This document shows, one piece after another, positions 1 to 7,743 of a DNA stretch of 11,465 bases. How positions within the stretch are numbered: position 1 is the first letter of the stretch; every line of letters starts with the position of its first letter. Source of the stretch: a virus; the UHGV virus genome UHGV-0140594; one strand, given 5' to 3'. The position numbers and the translations under genes were made by a program. Under the pieces are notes generated by a model. That model ran no database searches. It saw nothing but the letters and a program-made list of their open reading frames with translations, and had not been told where the DNA came from.

Positions 1-1023
1 TCGCAATGGGATGGATGTACGCCGCAGGATACCCAGCGCTATTTATGCGGCGTATGGGCAAAAGCACGCGCAGCGATCTCGCGTGCGGGTATTCATGTAT
101 TTGGGTTTCGGGTTGTTGAGCCTCACCATGACGGGACACCGCACTGGCATATGTTGCTTTTTATGCGTCCGCATGACGTGGACACGGTACGCGATATTCT
201 TTGCTATCACGCCAGAATTACCGATTCTGAAGAACTGCAATCTGAAAAGGCGCTGAAGGCGCGTTTTCATGTTGAAGCTATCGATCCCGCCAAAGGTTCG
301 GCCACGGGCTACATCGCGAAATACATTTCAAAAAATATTGATGGTTTTGCGCTGGATGGTGAGCATGACGAAGAAACCGGCGAAAACCTGCGTGATATGG
401 CTAAGTCCGTTTCTGCATGGGCTTCACGCTGGCGTATTCGTCAGTTTCAGCAGATTGGTGGTGCGCCGGTAACTGTCTGGCGTGAGCTGCGTCGGTTGCG
501 GGATCAGGTGCTGACCGATCGCAGAATGGATGCGGTTCTGGCCGCTGCTGATGTCGGGGACTGGGCTGCATATACCCAGGCGCAGGGCGGTGCACTGGTT
601 GCCCGCCGTGATCTGGTTGTTCGTCTGGCCTATGAAATTACGGAACAGGGCAACGAGTATGCAGAGGACGTGCAGCGCATACAGGGGGTTTATTCTCCTT
701 TGGTTCCTGATTCAGAAGTTTGCACCCGTCTGGTTAAGTGGCAAAAGGTTGCGAAGTTGGCCGAAGCGCCAGCGGAGGCGGGTTTTTCTGGCGGCAACGC
801 CGCCCCTTGGAGTTCTGTCAATAACTGTACGGAGGGGGGAACCCGCAGACGGTTAAAACTGGAATTACGCAGTCGGGGTTTTGATGGTTCTGATGAAGAA
901 ATAGCCATTCTCTTGCGGGGTAGTGGTTTGAGATTTGGTCAGGGCGCTCTGATTTACCGCAACGGGCGGCTTAAAGAGACTCAAAACGAGCCATTGCAGG
1001 AACTGTGGCCGGGGTGGTTATAG
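1..1023 (+). CDS. A: Rolling-circle replication initiator endonuclease (P2 gpA family), 5'-truncated by the window edge
   Basis: Frame 1 is open from nt 1 with no stop until TAG at 1021-1023; the ORF track entry 151..1023 is only the part after an internal ATG. Translation contains EPHHDGTPHWHMLLF (metal-binding motif of this initiator family) and GYIAKYISKN (paired catalytic tyrosines). Confidence 0.85.
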   Translation, partial: SQWDGCTPQDTQRYLCGVWAKARAAISRAGIHVFGFRVVEPHHDGTPHWHMLLFMRPHDVDTVRDILCYHARITDSEELQSEKALKARFHVEAIDPAKGSATGYIAKYISKNIDGFALDGEHDEETGENLRDMAKSVSAWASRWRIRQFQQIGGAPVTVWRELRRLRDQVLTDRRMDAVLAAADVGDWAAYTQAQGGALVARRDLVVRLAYEITEQGNEYAEDVQRIQGVYSPLVPDSEVCTRLVKWQKVAKLAEAPAEAGFSGGNAAPWSSVNNCTEGGTRRRLKLELRSRGFDGSDEEIAILLRGSGLRFGQGALIYRNGRLKETQNEPLQELWPGWL

Positions 1024-1100
1024 CGGTGTAATTATGTGAAAGGCATTCATTTGTCAGTAGATGGCAGGAAATTAAATTTCACAATTCGTGCTTTAAGGTG

Positions 1101-1120
1101 TACTGTATGTATATCCAGTT
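1101..1120 (+). promoter_or_regulatory. Candidate LexA (SOS) operator TACTGTATGTATATCCAGTT
   Basis: CTG-N10-CAG core with AT-rich spacer; 17 of 20 positions match the E. coli LexA consensus TACTGTATATATATACAGTA. It sits 22 bp upstream of the ATG at 1143 in an AT-rich 119-bp intergenic region. Confidence 0.55.
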
Positions 1121-1142
1121 ATTTATTGCTTGTGGGGGCTAA

Positions 1143-1349
1143 ATGGATCTTTTGGAGGCGTCGGCACAGCTGGAACGCATTGAGTTATTGGCCAAAATTG
1201 CCCATGTTTACGAAAGTAACCAGAGAGAAAAAACAATCGCTTTGGCCTGGATTGGAGAGCTTGCGGGAGAGGTTCGCGAAATAGTTAAAAAGGAAGGGCA
1301 ACGCCCCCAGAATGGGGGCATTTCAGGCGGCGGGAGTCGCTTTCAGTAG
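1143..1349 (+). CDS. Small hypothetical protein (68 aa) preceded by the SOS box; possible Tum-like antirepressor or moron (function unknown)
   Basis: ATG at 1143 with GGGGG Shine-Dalgarno 4 nt upstream (tgtgggggctaaATG). Predicted helical N-terminal part and Gly-rich tail (GGISGGGSRFQ). Its 3' end overlaps the 3' end of the convergent ogr-like gene by 27 nt. Confidence 0.45.
   Translation: MDLLEASAQLERIELLAKIAHVYESNQREKTIALAWIGELAGEVREIVKKEGQRPQNGGISGGGSRFQ
1303..1319. terminator. GC-rich hairpin GCCCCCA-GAA-TGGGGGC at the convergent gene ends (weak terminator candidate)
   Basis: Perfect 7-bp stem with 3-nt loop, immediately past the ogr-like stop on the minus strand. U-tracts are poor on both strands (AUUUC on plus; U5 lies 11 nt away on minus). 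Confidence 0.3.
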
Positions 1350-1592
1350 GTCTAATGCCATCTGGCGCTGATCGGGTGAAAGTGCATTCAGTATTTTTTG
1401 CACCATCGCATCACCCGTTTTAGCGCTGGGGCTGAGAGTGTGGGAGAACGTCAGATTCATAACAAACGTGTGGCCACACTCAACATCTGAACAGGCACAG
1501 TAAATATCGGCAATCTGCCGGTGCTTCCTGTTTGTTTTACGAATAACAGCCTTTGAGCCGCATTCCGGGCATTCGATTTTCAGAACTCGCAT
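1323..1592 (-). CDS. ogr: Ogr/Delta/B-family zinc-finger late-gene transcription activator
   Basis: MRVLKIECPECG...CACSDVEC gives C-x2-C-x22-C-x4-C, the zinc-finger spacing of P2 Ogr / 186 B / P4 Delta. ATG at 1592 has GGAG 8 nt upstream. The ORF track extends it to an ATG at 1646 that overlaps the portal stop (ATGA); 1592 is preferred because the family places the first Cys within about 8 residues of the N-terminus. Confidence 0.8.
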   Translation of the reverse strand: MRVLKIECPECGSKAVIRKTNRKHRQIADIYCACSDVECGHTFVMNLTFSHTLSPSAKTGDAMVQKILNALSPDQRQMALDLLKATPAA

Positions 1593-1642
1593 ATTCCATG
1601 CTCCAGCTGTTAAATGATGCCTGGATTTTAGCCTCTTTCGCC

Positions 1643-2704
1643 TCATGCCGCACCCTTATCCGTTGATTCTGTGTAACTTAAATCAAAGTTAAGGTGTAGC
1701 CTTTCCGGTATTTCAGGATCGTTGTTAACGGCCAGCATGAAACGGCGCTGGATGGGGGCAATTTCGCTTTTCTTGTAAATGCGTTCAGCCTTTTCAACAT
1801 CCCCCAGTCCGGCAGTGTTCTGCGGGCCAATACCGGCGAGGCCGGCAGGGAAACGGTGCGCGTTCAGAATGTCCTGGGCGCTGATGTTTTTGATGTTGGC
1901 AAATTCATCCTTCGCGGAAATATCCCCCATTTCAATGAATTTGATGGCGTCGCCGTCTCCACCGGGAATGTTTACAAGGATGGTGGAGAAGTTACCGATC
2001 CCTTTGCTGTCACGCAGCTGCTGTTCAATTTCTTCCTCCATTTCGTCCGTCATGCTGGGATCGCGAGTATAAAGAATACCGCCTGTGTGCGCACCGTTGT
2101 GGTAATAGCGGCGTCGGAAAATGACCGCTTCACTGTTAAGTAACGCGGAATGCACACCGCCGATGTAGTCCGGCAGTCCGTAGATATGCTGTTGTGGGTC
2201 ATACATTTTGATGAAGATAATATCTTCTTCTGGCCATACCTGCGGTTCTCCTTCCTGTAACACCACGTAGTCACCGGGCTTATCCAGGGCGTTATCTCTG
2301 ACTTTGCGGCGGCGAATATACAGACCGGGCAAGGGTTCAAGTGCGATCACGTCGCCCCAGCCGTTACGAATTTTGGCAATCGCAATATCCCCAAAGGTTA
2401 TATAGTCAAACGCTGCCGCTTCCAGCTGGTCGTGAATAAGCCCGCCCCCCAGGTAGTCTGAAACAATCATGTTTTTGCGGGCGTGAATGATGCCGCCGTG
2501 CTGACCGTTAAGATTAATCAGCTGTGCGAGTGCCAGCCGGTCAATCGGCTGGGTGAAGTGATCGGCGGCATTGTCGTACCAGATATCACGGTAATCTGTG
2601 CCGGTAGTCAGAACCGGTTCAGGTTTGCCGAATGTGATAATGCTCATCTTTTTTGATTTGTCGCCGCGCTGGTCGCGCTTAACAAAGCGTTTCTTTTTAC
2701 TCAT
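1643..2704 (-). CDS. Q: Portal protein (P2 gpQ-like)
   Basis: 353 aa, directly downstream of the terminase ATPase gene on the same strand with an ATGA stop/start overlap at 2701-2704; AAGGAAAGAGG ribosome-binding site upstream. Size and position match P2 Q; sequence similarity is recalled, not computed. Confidence 0.8.
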   Translation of the reverse strand: MSKKKRFVKRDQRGDKSKKMSIITFGKPEPVLTTGTDYRDIWYDNAADHFTQPIDRLALAQLINLNGQHGGIIHARKNMIVSDYLGGGLIHDQLEAAAFDYITFGDIAIAKIRNGWGDVIALEPLPGLYIRRRKVRDNALDKPGDYVVLQEGEPQVWPEEDIIFIKMYDPQQHIYGLPDYIGGVHSALLNSEAVIFRRRYYHNGAHTGGILYTRDPSMTDEMEEEIEQQLRDSKGIGNFSTILVNIPGGDGDAIKFIEMGDISAKDEFANIKNISAQDILNAHRFPAGLAGIGPQNTAGLGDVEKAERIYKKSEIAPIQRRFMLAVNNDPEIPERLHLNFDLSYTESTDKGAA

Positions 2705-4239
2705 GCTGCCTCTTTCCTTACACCCCAGCGGGATTTAGGTTTGTTTTCATAGTTAAGGGGTTCGTTATGCAGACCGTGGGTAATCGCCCAGAACGCCTCC
2801 GCGTGGCCAGTATCCTGGCTGCGGTCAGCGACAAACGTCATGGCGTTGCCGCTTTGTGTGGTGGTTCGGCGCACAGACATAAAGCTGGCCGCGATCTCTT
2901 TCAGGTTTTTATCCCACTCAATACGTTGGCTTTCCACCACGTCCACCGCTTTCAGCACCAGTTGATTTTTGGTGTTCAGGTCGTAACGAATAGGGACGGC
3001 CACGCGCATGGCAAAATGCTGAATGTTGTCAAAAACACCCTGGCCAATGCCGGTAACGTCTACTCCCAGATAAGTGAAGTTGTATTTTTTGAACAACTGC
3101 TCGATCTGTTTTGCCTGATACCGGAAGTTCATGCCTTTCCAGTAAATCACCTTCAGAACGCGGAACTTCTCCACGGCGAGCATCGGCGGGGCGATGATGA
3201 CAAAACAAGACAAATCACCGCTGCGAGCCGGGTCAAAGCCGCCCCAAACTGGCCTGTCACCGAATGGCCGCGCTGCATCAGGGTTGTGATCCTGCCAGGT
3301 GTCGATTTCAACGCCGCAGGCTTCCAGGTCAGAAAAGCTGAAAACGGAATCTTTGCTGTCAACGAACACGCACATATAGAGCATGTTAAAAGTGGCGTCG
3401 TTGTAGCGGTTGCGAAGTTTCTCGATGTTCGCCAGGTTGAAACCGCCCGCAATGGCATCTTCCATCGTAATGACGTAGCGCCATTGCCCATCCGGGCAGA
3501 GTCGCCCGCCGTCACGCATGTCGTTAAAGGACGGAAACTTAATGGCCGCACGTTTTTTACTGCCCTGTTTCCACTCATCGCCCGTCCAGAACGGGTAAGC
3601 CTGGTGCGTTTTTGCCGATGGCGTTGAAAAATAGGTGGTGCGCCACTTGTCATGTGTGGCCATTGCGCTGGCCACTTCGTTAAGTTTTGCAAAGTTTGGC
3701 ACCCAGAAATATTCGTCACAGTACAGGTGGCCACTGTAGGACTGGGCGGTGTTTTTGTTGGTGGAGAGAAAACGCAGTTCTGCGCCGTTGCTTAAGCGGA
3801 TCGGGTTGCCGGTTAGCGTAATACCGAAATACTGCTCTGCAATATTCACGATGTAAGACCGGAACACTTCAGCCTGTGCCTTTGACGCTGACAGAAAGAT
3901 TTGCGGATCGCCGGTCATCACCGCGTTTTCAAACGCTTCAAACGCAAAATACCAGGTCGCACCGATCTGGCGGCTTTTCAGGATGTTCCTGACAAGCTGG
4001 CCAATGTTATTGCGCAGGTGTTTCTGATATTCAAAAAGATGTTCTTCAGCCCATGCGTCAAAGTCCTCCTGCGTCAGCGACGTAATATCGTTTTTCTTGT
4101 ATTTCCGTTTGCTGCGTGATTCGTCGTCATTGTTGTCCCGCGCAGCTGCTTGCCCGGAACTCTGACCGCTGGCCATTTTCTCTTTGTGTTTATTACTCTG
4201 CGCACGCAGTTTCGTGGCATGAGCAATGAGCATGTCCAT
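2701..4239 (-). CDS. P: Terminase large (ATPase) subunit, gpP-like, main body; N-terminal domain is encoded upstream in another frame
   Basis: 512-aa ORF with a Walker-A-like KSRQIGAT motif and acidic motifs typical of terminase ATPase/nuclease; P2-like position upstream of the portal gene. Its reading frame stays open upstream of the annotated Met to 4281. Confidence 0.85.
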   Translation of the reverse strand: MDMLIAHATKLRAQSNKHKEKMASGQSSGQAAARDNNDDESRSKRKYKKNDITSLTQEDFDAWAEEHLFEYQKHLRNNIGQLVRNILKSRQIGATWYFAFEAFENAVMTGDPQIFLSASKAQAEVFRSYIVNIAEQYFGITLTGNPIRLSNGAELRFLSTNKNTAQSYSGHLYCDEYFWVPNFAKLNEVASAMATHDKWRTTYFSTPSAKTHQAYPFWTGDEWKQGSKKRAAIKFPSFNDMRDGGRLCPDGQWRYVITMEDAIAGGFNLANIEKLRNRYNDATFNMLYMCVFVDSKDSVFSFSDLEACGVEIDTWQDHNPDAARPFGDRPVWGGFDPARSGDLSCFVIIAPPMLAVEKFRVLKVIYWKGMNFRYQAKQIEQLFKKYNFTYLGVDVTGIGQGVFDNIQHFAMRVAVPIRYDLNTKNQLVLKAVDVVESQRIEWDKNLKEIAASFMSVRRTTTQSGNAMTFVADRSQDTGHAEAFWAITHGLHNEPLNYENKPKSRWGVRKEAA

Positions 4240-4244
4240 TTCTT

Positions 4245-4439
4245 TCAGGTCGAGATCGGTTTTGTTATCGCGGCTGTGCTTTCAAAACTGAGCAAATCCG
4301 CCCAGCTGTATTTCTCCGCCCAGTAGTAAACGATCCGCGCATTCGGCAGATTTAATTCAGATGCGATTTCCTTTGGCGTATAGCGGCGCAGATAAAGTGC
4401 GCGAACAACGCCTTTTAATTCTTCAGAGTATTTAGCCAT
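4245..4439 (-). CDS. P: Terminase large subunit N-terminal helix-turn-helix segment (gpP N-terminal-like), in a different frame from the ATPase body
   Basis: 64-aa ORF ...VVRALYLRRYTPKEIASELNLPNARIVYYWAEKYSW... resembles the N-terminal DNA-binding domain of gpP-type terminases. It ends at TGA 4245-4247, only 5 nt before the Met of the 512-aa ORF, and the two frames overlap open across 4248-4281. Confidence 0.6.
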   Translation of the reverse strand: MAKYSEELKGVVRALYLRRYTPKEIASELNLPNARIVYYWAEKYSWADLLSFESTAAITKPIST

Positions 4440-4493
4440 GCGGATAATTATGCCGTGGCTGTGATGAAAAAACGGTGGTGTTAATTCGTGTCT

Positions 4494-4518
4494 GTTCGGT
4501 AAAGCGTTATAACCGAAC
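4494..4518. promoter_or_regulatory. Perfect inverted repeat GTTCGGT-N11-ACCGAAC in the divergent late promoter region; candidate activator binding site
   Basis: 7-bp perfect dyad centred near 4506 in the 161-bp gap between the leftward terminase-portal operon and the rightward scaffold-capsid operon, roughly 55 bp from plausible -10 elements on either side. The P2-type TGT-N12-ACA motif itself is absent. Confidence 0.4.
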
Positions 4519-4600
4519 TGTTCAGAATAAAGCGTAATGCGGTGGTGGTTTTATTTGGCAATAATTGGTTTGCAGCGTCAGGGAGTGGAACAGGGGGGAT

Positions 4601-5404
4601 ATGTCACATTTAAAAACTGACTGGCTGTGTGTTGCTACTGAAGGGGATACCGTTGATGGCAGGGTAATTAAACGGCAGTGGATCATTGATATGGGGGAAA
4701 CCTATGACTATAGCCACTATGTCGCTTTAATCTGGCCAGAACATGAGGATGATTGCGGGAATTTTGGTGAAGTGCTGGAAGCCACCTGGAATGATGGTGA
4801 AGATGGACTGGCACGGTTATATGTCAGCCTTTGCCCGAATATGCGTCTGATTTTCGCAAATCATGAAGATCAGCTTTTGTTCTTCTCCATTGAGCCGGAA
4901 GAAAACTGGCGCGGTAGCGGGCGTACTTACCTGAAAGGGCTGGCGGTAACAGATACACCTGCCAGCGTTGGCACCACACGGCTGCGCTTTAGTAGTCGGC
5001 GCAATAAATTAACAAAGCAGGGATATTACAGCTGTGTAATTTCCCGCGACGGAAAAATTAAACAGGAAGCAAGAATGAAGAACTGGCAGAAACTGTTTGG
5101 TATTAAGCCAAAGTTTGAAGATGAAACGCCGCAGGATAATCCTGCTCCGGATGAAGATAAATTACAGGCGCTTGCCAATGTGGTGAACGATCTGGAAGCG
5201 CGAGTGGCGAAAATTGAAACTCAACTGAATGACGTTCAGGGTGATGTTGACACAATTGCTGAAGTGGTGGATACGCAGGAATTTGCGGCAATTCGCGGTA
5301 ATGCAAAAGAAATCGTAACCCGCTTTAACGAACTGGGTAATAAAAACACCCGTACACCGGGGCGTACTATAAAAGATAAAGCCGGGAAATTTAATTTCCT
5401 GTAA
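4601..5404 (+). CDS. O: Capsid scaffolding protein (P2 gpO-like)
   Basis: EGDTVDGRVI and YLKGLAVTDTPAS correspond to conserved gpO motifs. ATG at 4601 is preceded by AGGGGGG; the ORF track start at 4565 is a TTG with no better ribosome-binding site. Confidence 0.85.
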   Translation: MSHLKTDWLCVATEGDTVDGRVIKRQWIIDMGETYDYSHYVALIWPEHEDDCGNFGEVLEATWNDGEDGLARLYVSLCPNMRLIFANHEDQLLFFSIEPEENWRGSGRTYLKGLAVTDTPASVGTTRLRFSSRRNKLTKQGYYSCVISRDGKIKQEARMKNWQKLFGIKPKFEDETPQDNPAPDEDKLQALANVVNDLEARVAKIETQLNDVQGDVDTIAEVVDTQEFAAIRGNAKEIVTRFNELGNKNTRTPGRTIKDKAGKFNFL

Positions 5405-5466
5405 TTCGCTTTATTGCTAATTAGCCCAGAATATATTTTTAAATCGCTTAATTGCGAGGGAGTTTT

Positions 5467-6489
5467 ATGCACCTTAATAATCGTGCGCGGGATTTACTGG
5501 ATAAATATTCGGCGGGGATGGCGCAGCAGTTTGGTGCGCGTGATACCAGTCGATATTTTTCCCTGAATGACCCGCAGGAAAATGCGCTGCGTCTTGCGTT
5601 GCTGGAGTCCGTCGAGTTCCTGAACATGATCACCTGTCTGGATGTTGACCAGCTGAGTGGCCAGGTGATCTCTGTCGGTTCCTCTGTGCTGCATACCGGC
5701 CGCAGCGAAAATGGCCGTTTCATTCGTCAGGTAGGCGTTGACGGTAATGACTATTCCCTGGTTGAAACAGACAGCTGTGCCGCGTTGCGCTGGGATCTGC
5801 TTTCTGTCTGGGCAAACGCCGGTAAGGACGAAAACGAGTTTTACAACCTGGTACAGGCATTCACCACGCAGGCTTTTGCGCTGGATATGTTGCGCATTGG
5901 TTTTAACGGTAAAAGTCGCGCGAAAACCACTGATCCGGAAACTAACCCGAACGGCGAGGATGTGAACGTTGGCTGGCATGAGCGTATGAAAACGCTGCTG
6001 GGCGGCAATCAGATTATGACGGATGCCGTGGTGCTTGATGAGGCCGGGGATTACAAATCACTGGATGCAATGGCGTCCGATCTGATTAACGCCAAAATCC
6101 CGGCACAGTTCCGCAATGATCCGCGTCTGGTTGTTCTGGTTGGTGCCGATCTGGTCGCAGCTGAACAATACCGACTGTATCAGGCAGCAGACCGTCCGAC
6201 TGAAAAAATCGCGGCGCAGATGCTGGGAAGCACCATTGCCGGCCGTCCGGCTATTATCCCGCCGTTTATGCCGGGTAAACGCATGGTGGTTACGCCGCTT
6301 TCTAACCTGCACATCTACACCCAGCGCAATACCCGTATGCGTAAGGCGGAGTTTGTTGAAGATCGTAAGCAGTTCGAAAACAAATACCTGCGCAATGAAG
6401 GTTACGCGGTGGAAGTGCCGGAGCTGTATGCGGCTATTGATGAATCCGCTGTGACAATCGGCAAAGTCTCCGAACCGGTGGAGGGTTGA
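5467..6489 (+). CDS. N: Major capsid protein (P2 gpN-like)
   Basis: Motifs FNGKSRAKTTD, VGWHERMK, GDYKSLDAM and DPRLVVLVG parallel P2 gpN. ATG at 5467 has a GAGGGAG ribosome-binding site; the ORF track start at 5452 is a TTG. Confidence 0.9.
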   Translation: MHLNNRARDLLDKYSAGMAQQFGARDTSRYFSLNDPQENALRLALLESVEFLNMITCLDVDQLSGQVISVGSSVLHTGRSENGRFIRQVGVDGNDYSLVETDSCAALRWDLLSVWANAGKDENEFYNLVQAFTTQAFALDMLRIGFNGKSRAKTTDPETNPNGEDVNVGWHERMKTLLGGNQIMTDAVVLDEAGDYKSLDAMASDLINAKIPAQFRNDPRLVVLVGADLVAAEQYRLYQAADRPTEKIAAQMLGSTIAGRPAIIPPFMPGKRMVVTPLSNLHIYTQRNTRMRKAEFVEDRKQFENKYLRNEGYAVEVPELYAAIDESAVTIGKVSEPVEG

Positions 6490-6492
6490 TAA

Positions 6493-7194
6493 ATGGCACT
6501 TTCCCCCGCGCAGCGTCACAGCCAGCGTATTGCGATGGAACAAAAGCTGAAGCGCAGCCAGGCACTGGAAACCACGGAAAGTATGCACTTGCTGGTCAGG
6601 GCGCTGGAAACGGATGTGGAATATATTCGAAGTCTGCCTACCATCGCCGATCGCGTCGAGTACAAACGCAATGTGCTGTTGCCGCGCTGGGTTCCCACTG
6701 TGGAAGCCTATCTGGAGAGTGGCCAGGAGTATGCAAATCCGGTTTTTGCCTGGTGTGTTATCTGGCTGTTTGACGTGGGCGATCTGGATAAGGCGCTGGA
6801 CTGGGCTGACATTGCTATCAGCCAGCAGCAGGCAACCCCGGATCGGTTACGCAGCAATTTTCCCACTTTCGTGGCGGATACGATGCTGGCATGGGCGCAG
6901 GAAACCGCAGGGCGCGGGGAAAGTGTGGAGCCTTATTTCACCCGCACGTTTGAGCGGGTGGCAAACACCTGGCGACTGCATGAGCAGGTGACGGCCAAAT
7001 GGTTCAAGTTTGCCGGTCAGGAGTTGCTACGCAATGACGATGGCCAGAAAACGGCGGCGGGCGTGGATGATATTGAAACGCTGGAAAAAGCCGATCAGCT
7101 GCTGGCTATTGCAGAAAAACACTACTCAAAAATTGGCGTCAGAACGGCGCGGCAGACAATTGCCGCCCGTATCCGAAAACTGACTCAAGGGTAA
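6493..7194 (+). CDS. M: Terminase small (endonuclease) subunit, P2 gpM-like
   Basis: N-terminal SPAQRH and LLPRWVPTV / WLFDVGDLDKALDWA blocks resemble gpM; GGAGGG ribosome-binding site 8 nt upstream; sits in the P2 position after the capsid gene. Confidence 0.8.
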   Translation: MALSPAQRHSQRIAMEQKLKRSQALETTESMHLLVRALETDVEYIRSLPTIADRVEYKRNVLLPRWVPTVEAYLESGQEYANPVFAWCVIWLFDVGDLDKALDWADIAISQQQATPDRLRSNFPTFVADTMLAWAQETAGRGESVEPYFTRTFERVANTWRLHEQVTAKWFKFAGQELLRNDDGQKTAAGVDDIETLEKADQLLAIAEKHYSKIGVRTARQTIAARIRKLTQG

Positions 7195-7239
7195 AGACTA
7201 CCGCAAGCCAGGCGGACGCGGTGGAGGGCAGAACACCTT

Positions 7240-7743
7240 GTGTGTAACTGCGCCGTGGAAACCGGCCAGTCCGCCTTTTTCGGGGGATTTATGTTTAGCG
7301 GAAAGCCGCTGGATTATCAGGATGAACCGCTGACCAATAACGGATTCTGGCCAGATCTGAATCTGAAGGATTTTCAAGCGCAGCGGTCACTACCGCCAGA
7401 TATTGACGCTGACACCATCAGCCAGGCGTTGCTTGCAGCGGTGGCGGAGGTGAATGCGGAACTGGAAAACGTGGAGTCCAGTTGGATAGCGAAAGGCTAC
7501 ACGCTGGCGGCAGAGGTACCAGGTGTAAAAATGGGCGGACTGAACAGCCTGTGCGCCCAGTATATGAAGGCCGTTTTTGCTAGGGCAAAAGCGGATCTGC
7601 TGGGGGAGTTCGCCACTATCGGGCGGCGCGATACTCATCCGGGACAGGAAAGTATGGAAACCCGAGCGGGGTTACTGGCTGAAGCATCGGTGGTGATCCG
7701 CCGTATGAAAGGGCTGAAACGGGCAACGGTGAAAAAAGTATGA
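7240..7743 (+). CDS. L: Head completion/stabilisation protein (P2 gpL-like)
   Basis: Position after the small terminase gene; size about 167 aa; F-W-P-D-L and NAELENV blocks. Start is uncertain: GTG at 7240 (GGAGGG 11 nt upstream) or ATG at 7291 (GGGGGA upstream). Confidence 0.65.
   Translation: MCNCAVETGQSAFFGGFMFSGKPLDYQDEPLTNNGFWPDLNLKDFQAQRSLPPDIDADTISQALLAAVAEVNAELENVESSWIAKGYTLAAEVPGVKMGGLNSLCAQYMKAVFARAKADLLGEFATIGRRDTHPGQESMETRAGLLAEASVVIRRMKGLKRATVKKV

Noticed and set aside
11-256. 81-aa plus-strand ORF at the window start
   Set aside because: It is out of frame with and entirely inside the gpA coding frame, which is open from nt 1 and carries the conserved initiator motifs.
1-1023. 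Attempt to locate the replication origin or nick site inside gene A
   Set aside because: I cannot recall the P2 or 186 ori sequence reliably enough to call it from sequence alone.
1036-1284. 82-aa plus-strand ORF spanning the intergenic region and LexA box
   Set aside because: No ribosome-binding site; it reads through the AT-rich promoter/operator region and competes with the better-supported 1143..1349 frame.
2767-3627. 286-aa ORF antisense to the terminase ATPase gene (with an AAGGGG-like sequence before its ATG)
   Set aside because: His/Arg/Val-rich composition typical of antisense translation of a conserved gene; the opposite strand carries clear terminase motifs.
4440-4600. Search for the canonical P2 Ogr site TGT-N12-ACA
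   Set aside because: No instance is present in the divergent promoter region; only the GTTCGGT-N11-ACCGAAC dyad was found and is reported instead.
5494-6588. Minus-strand ORFs of 161 aa and 176 aa inside the capsid gene
   Set aside because: Antisense to a strongly supported major capsid gene; no motifs and no start context.
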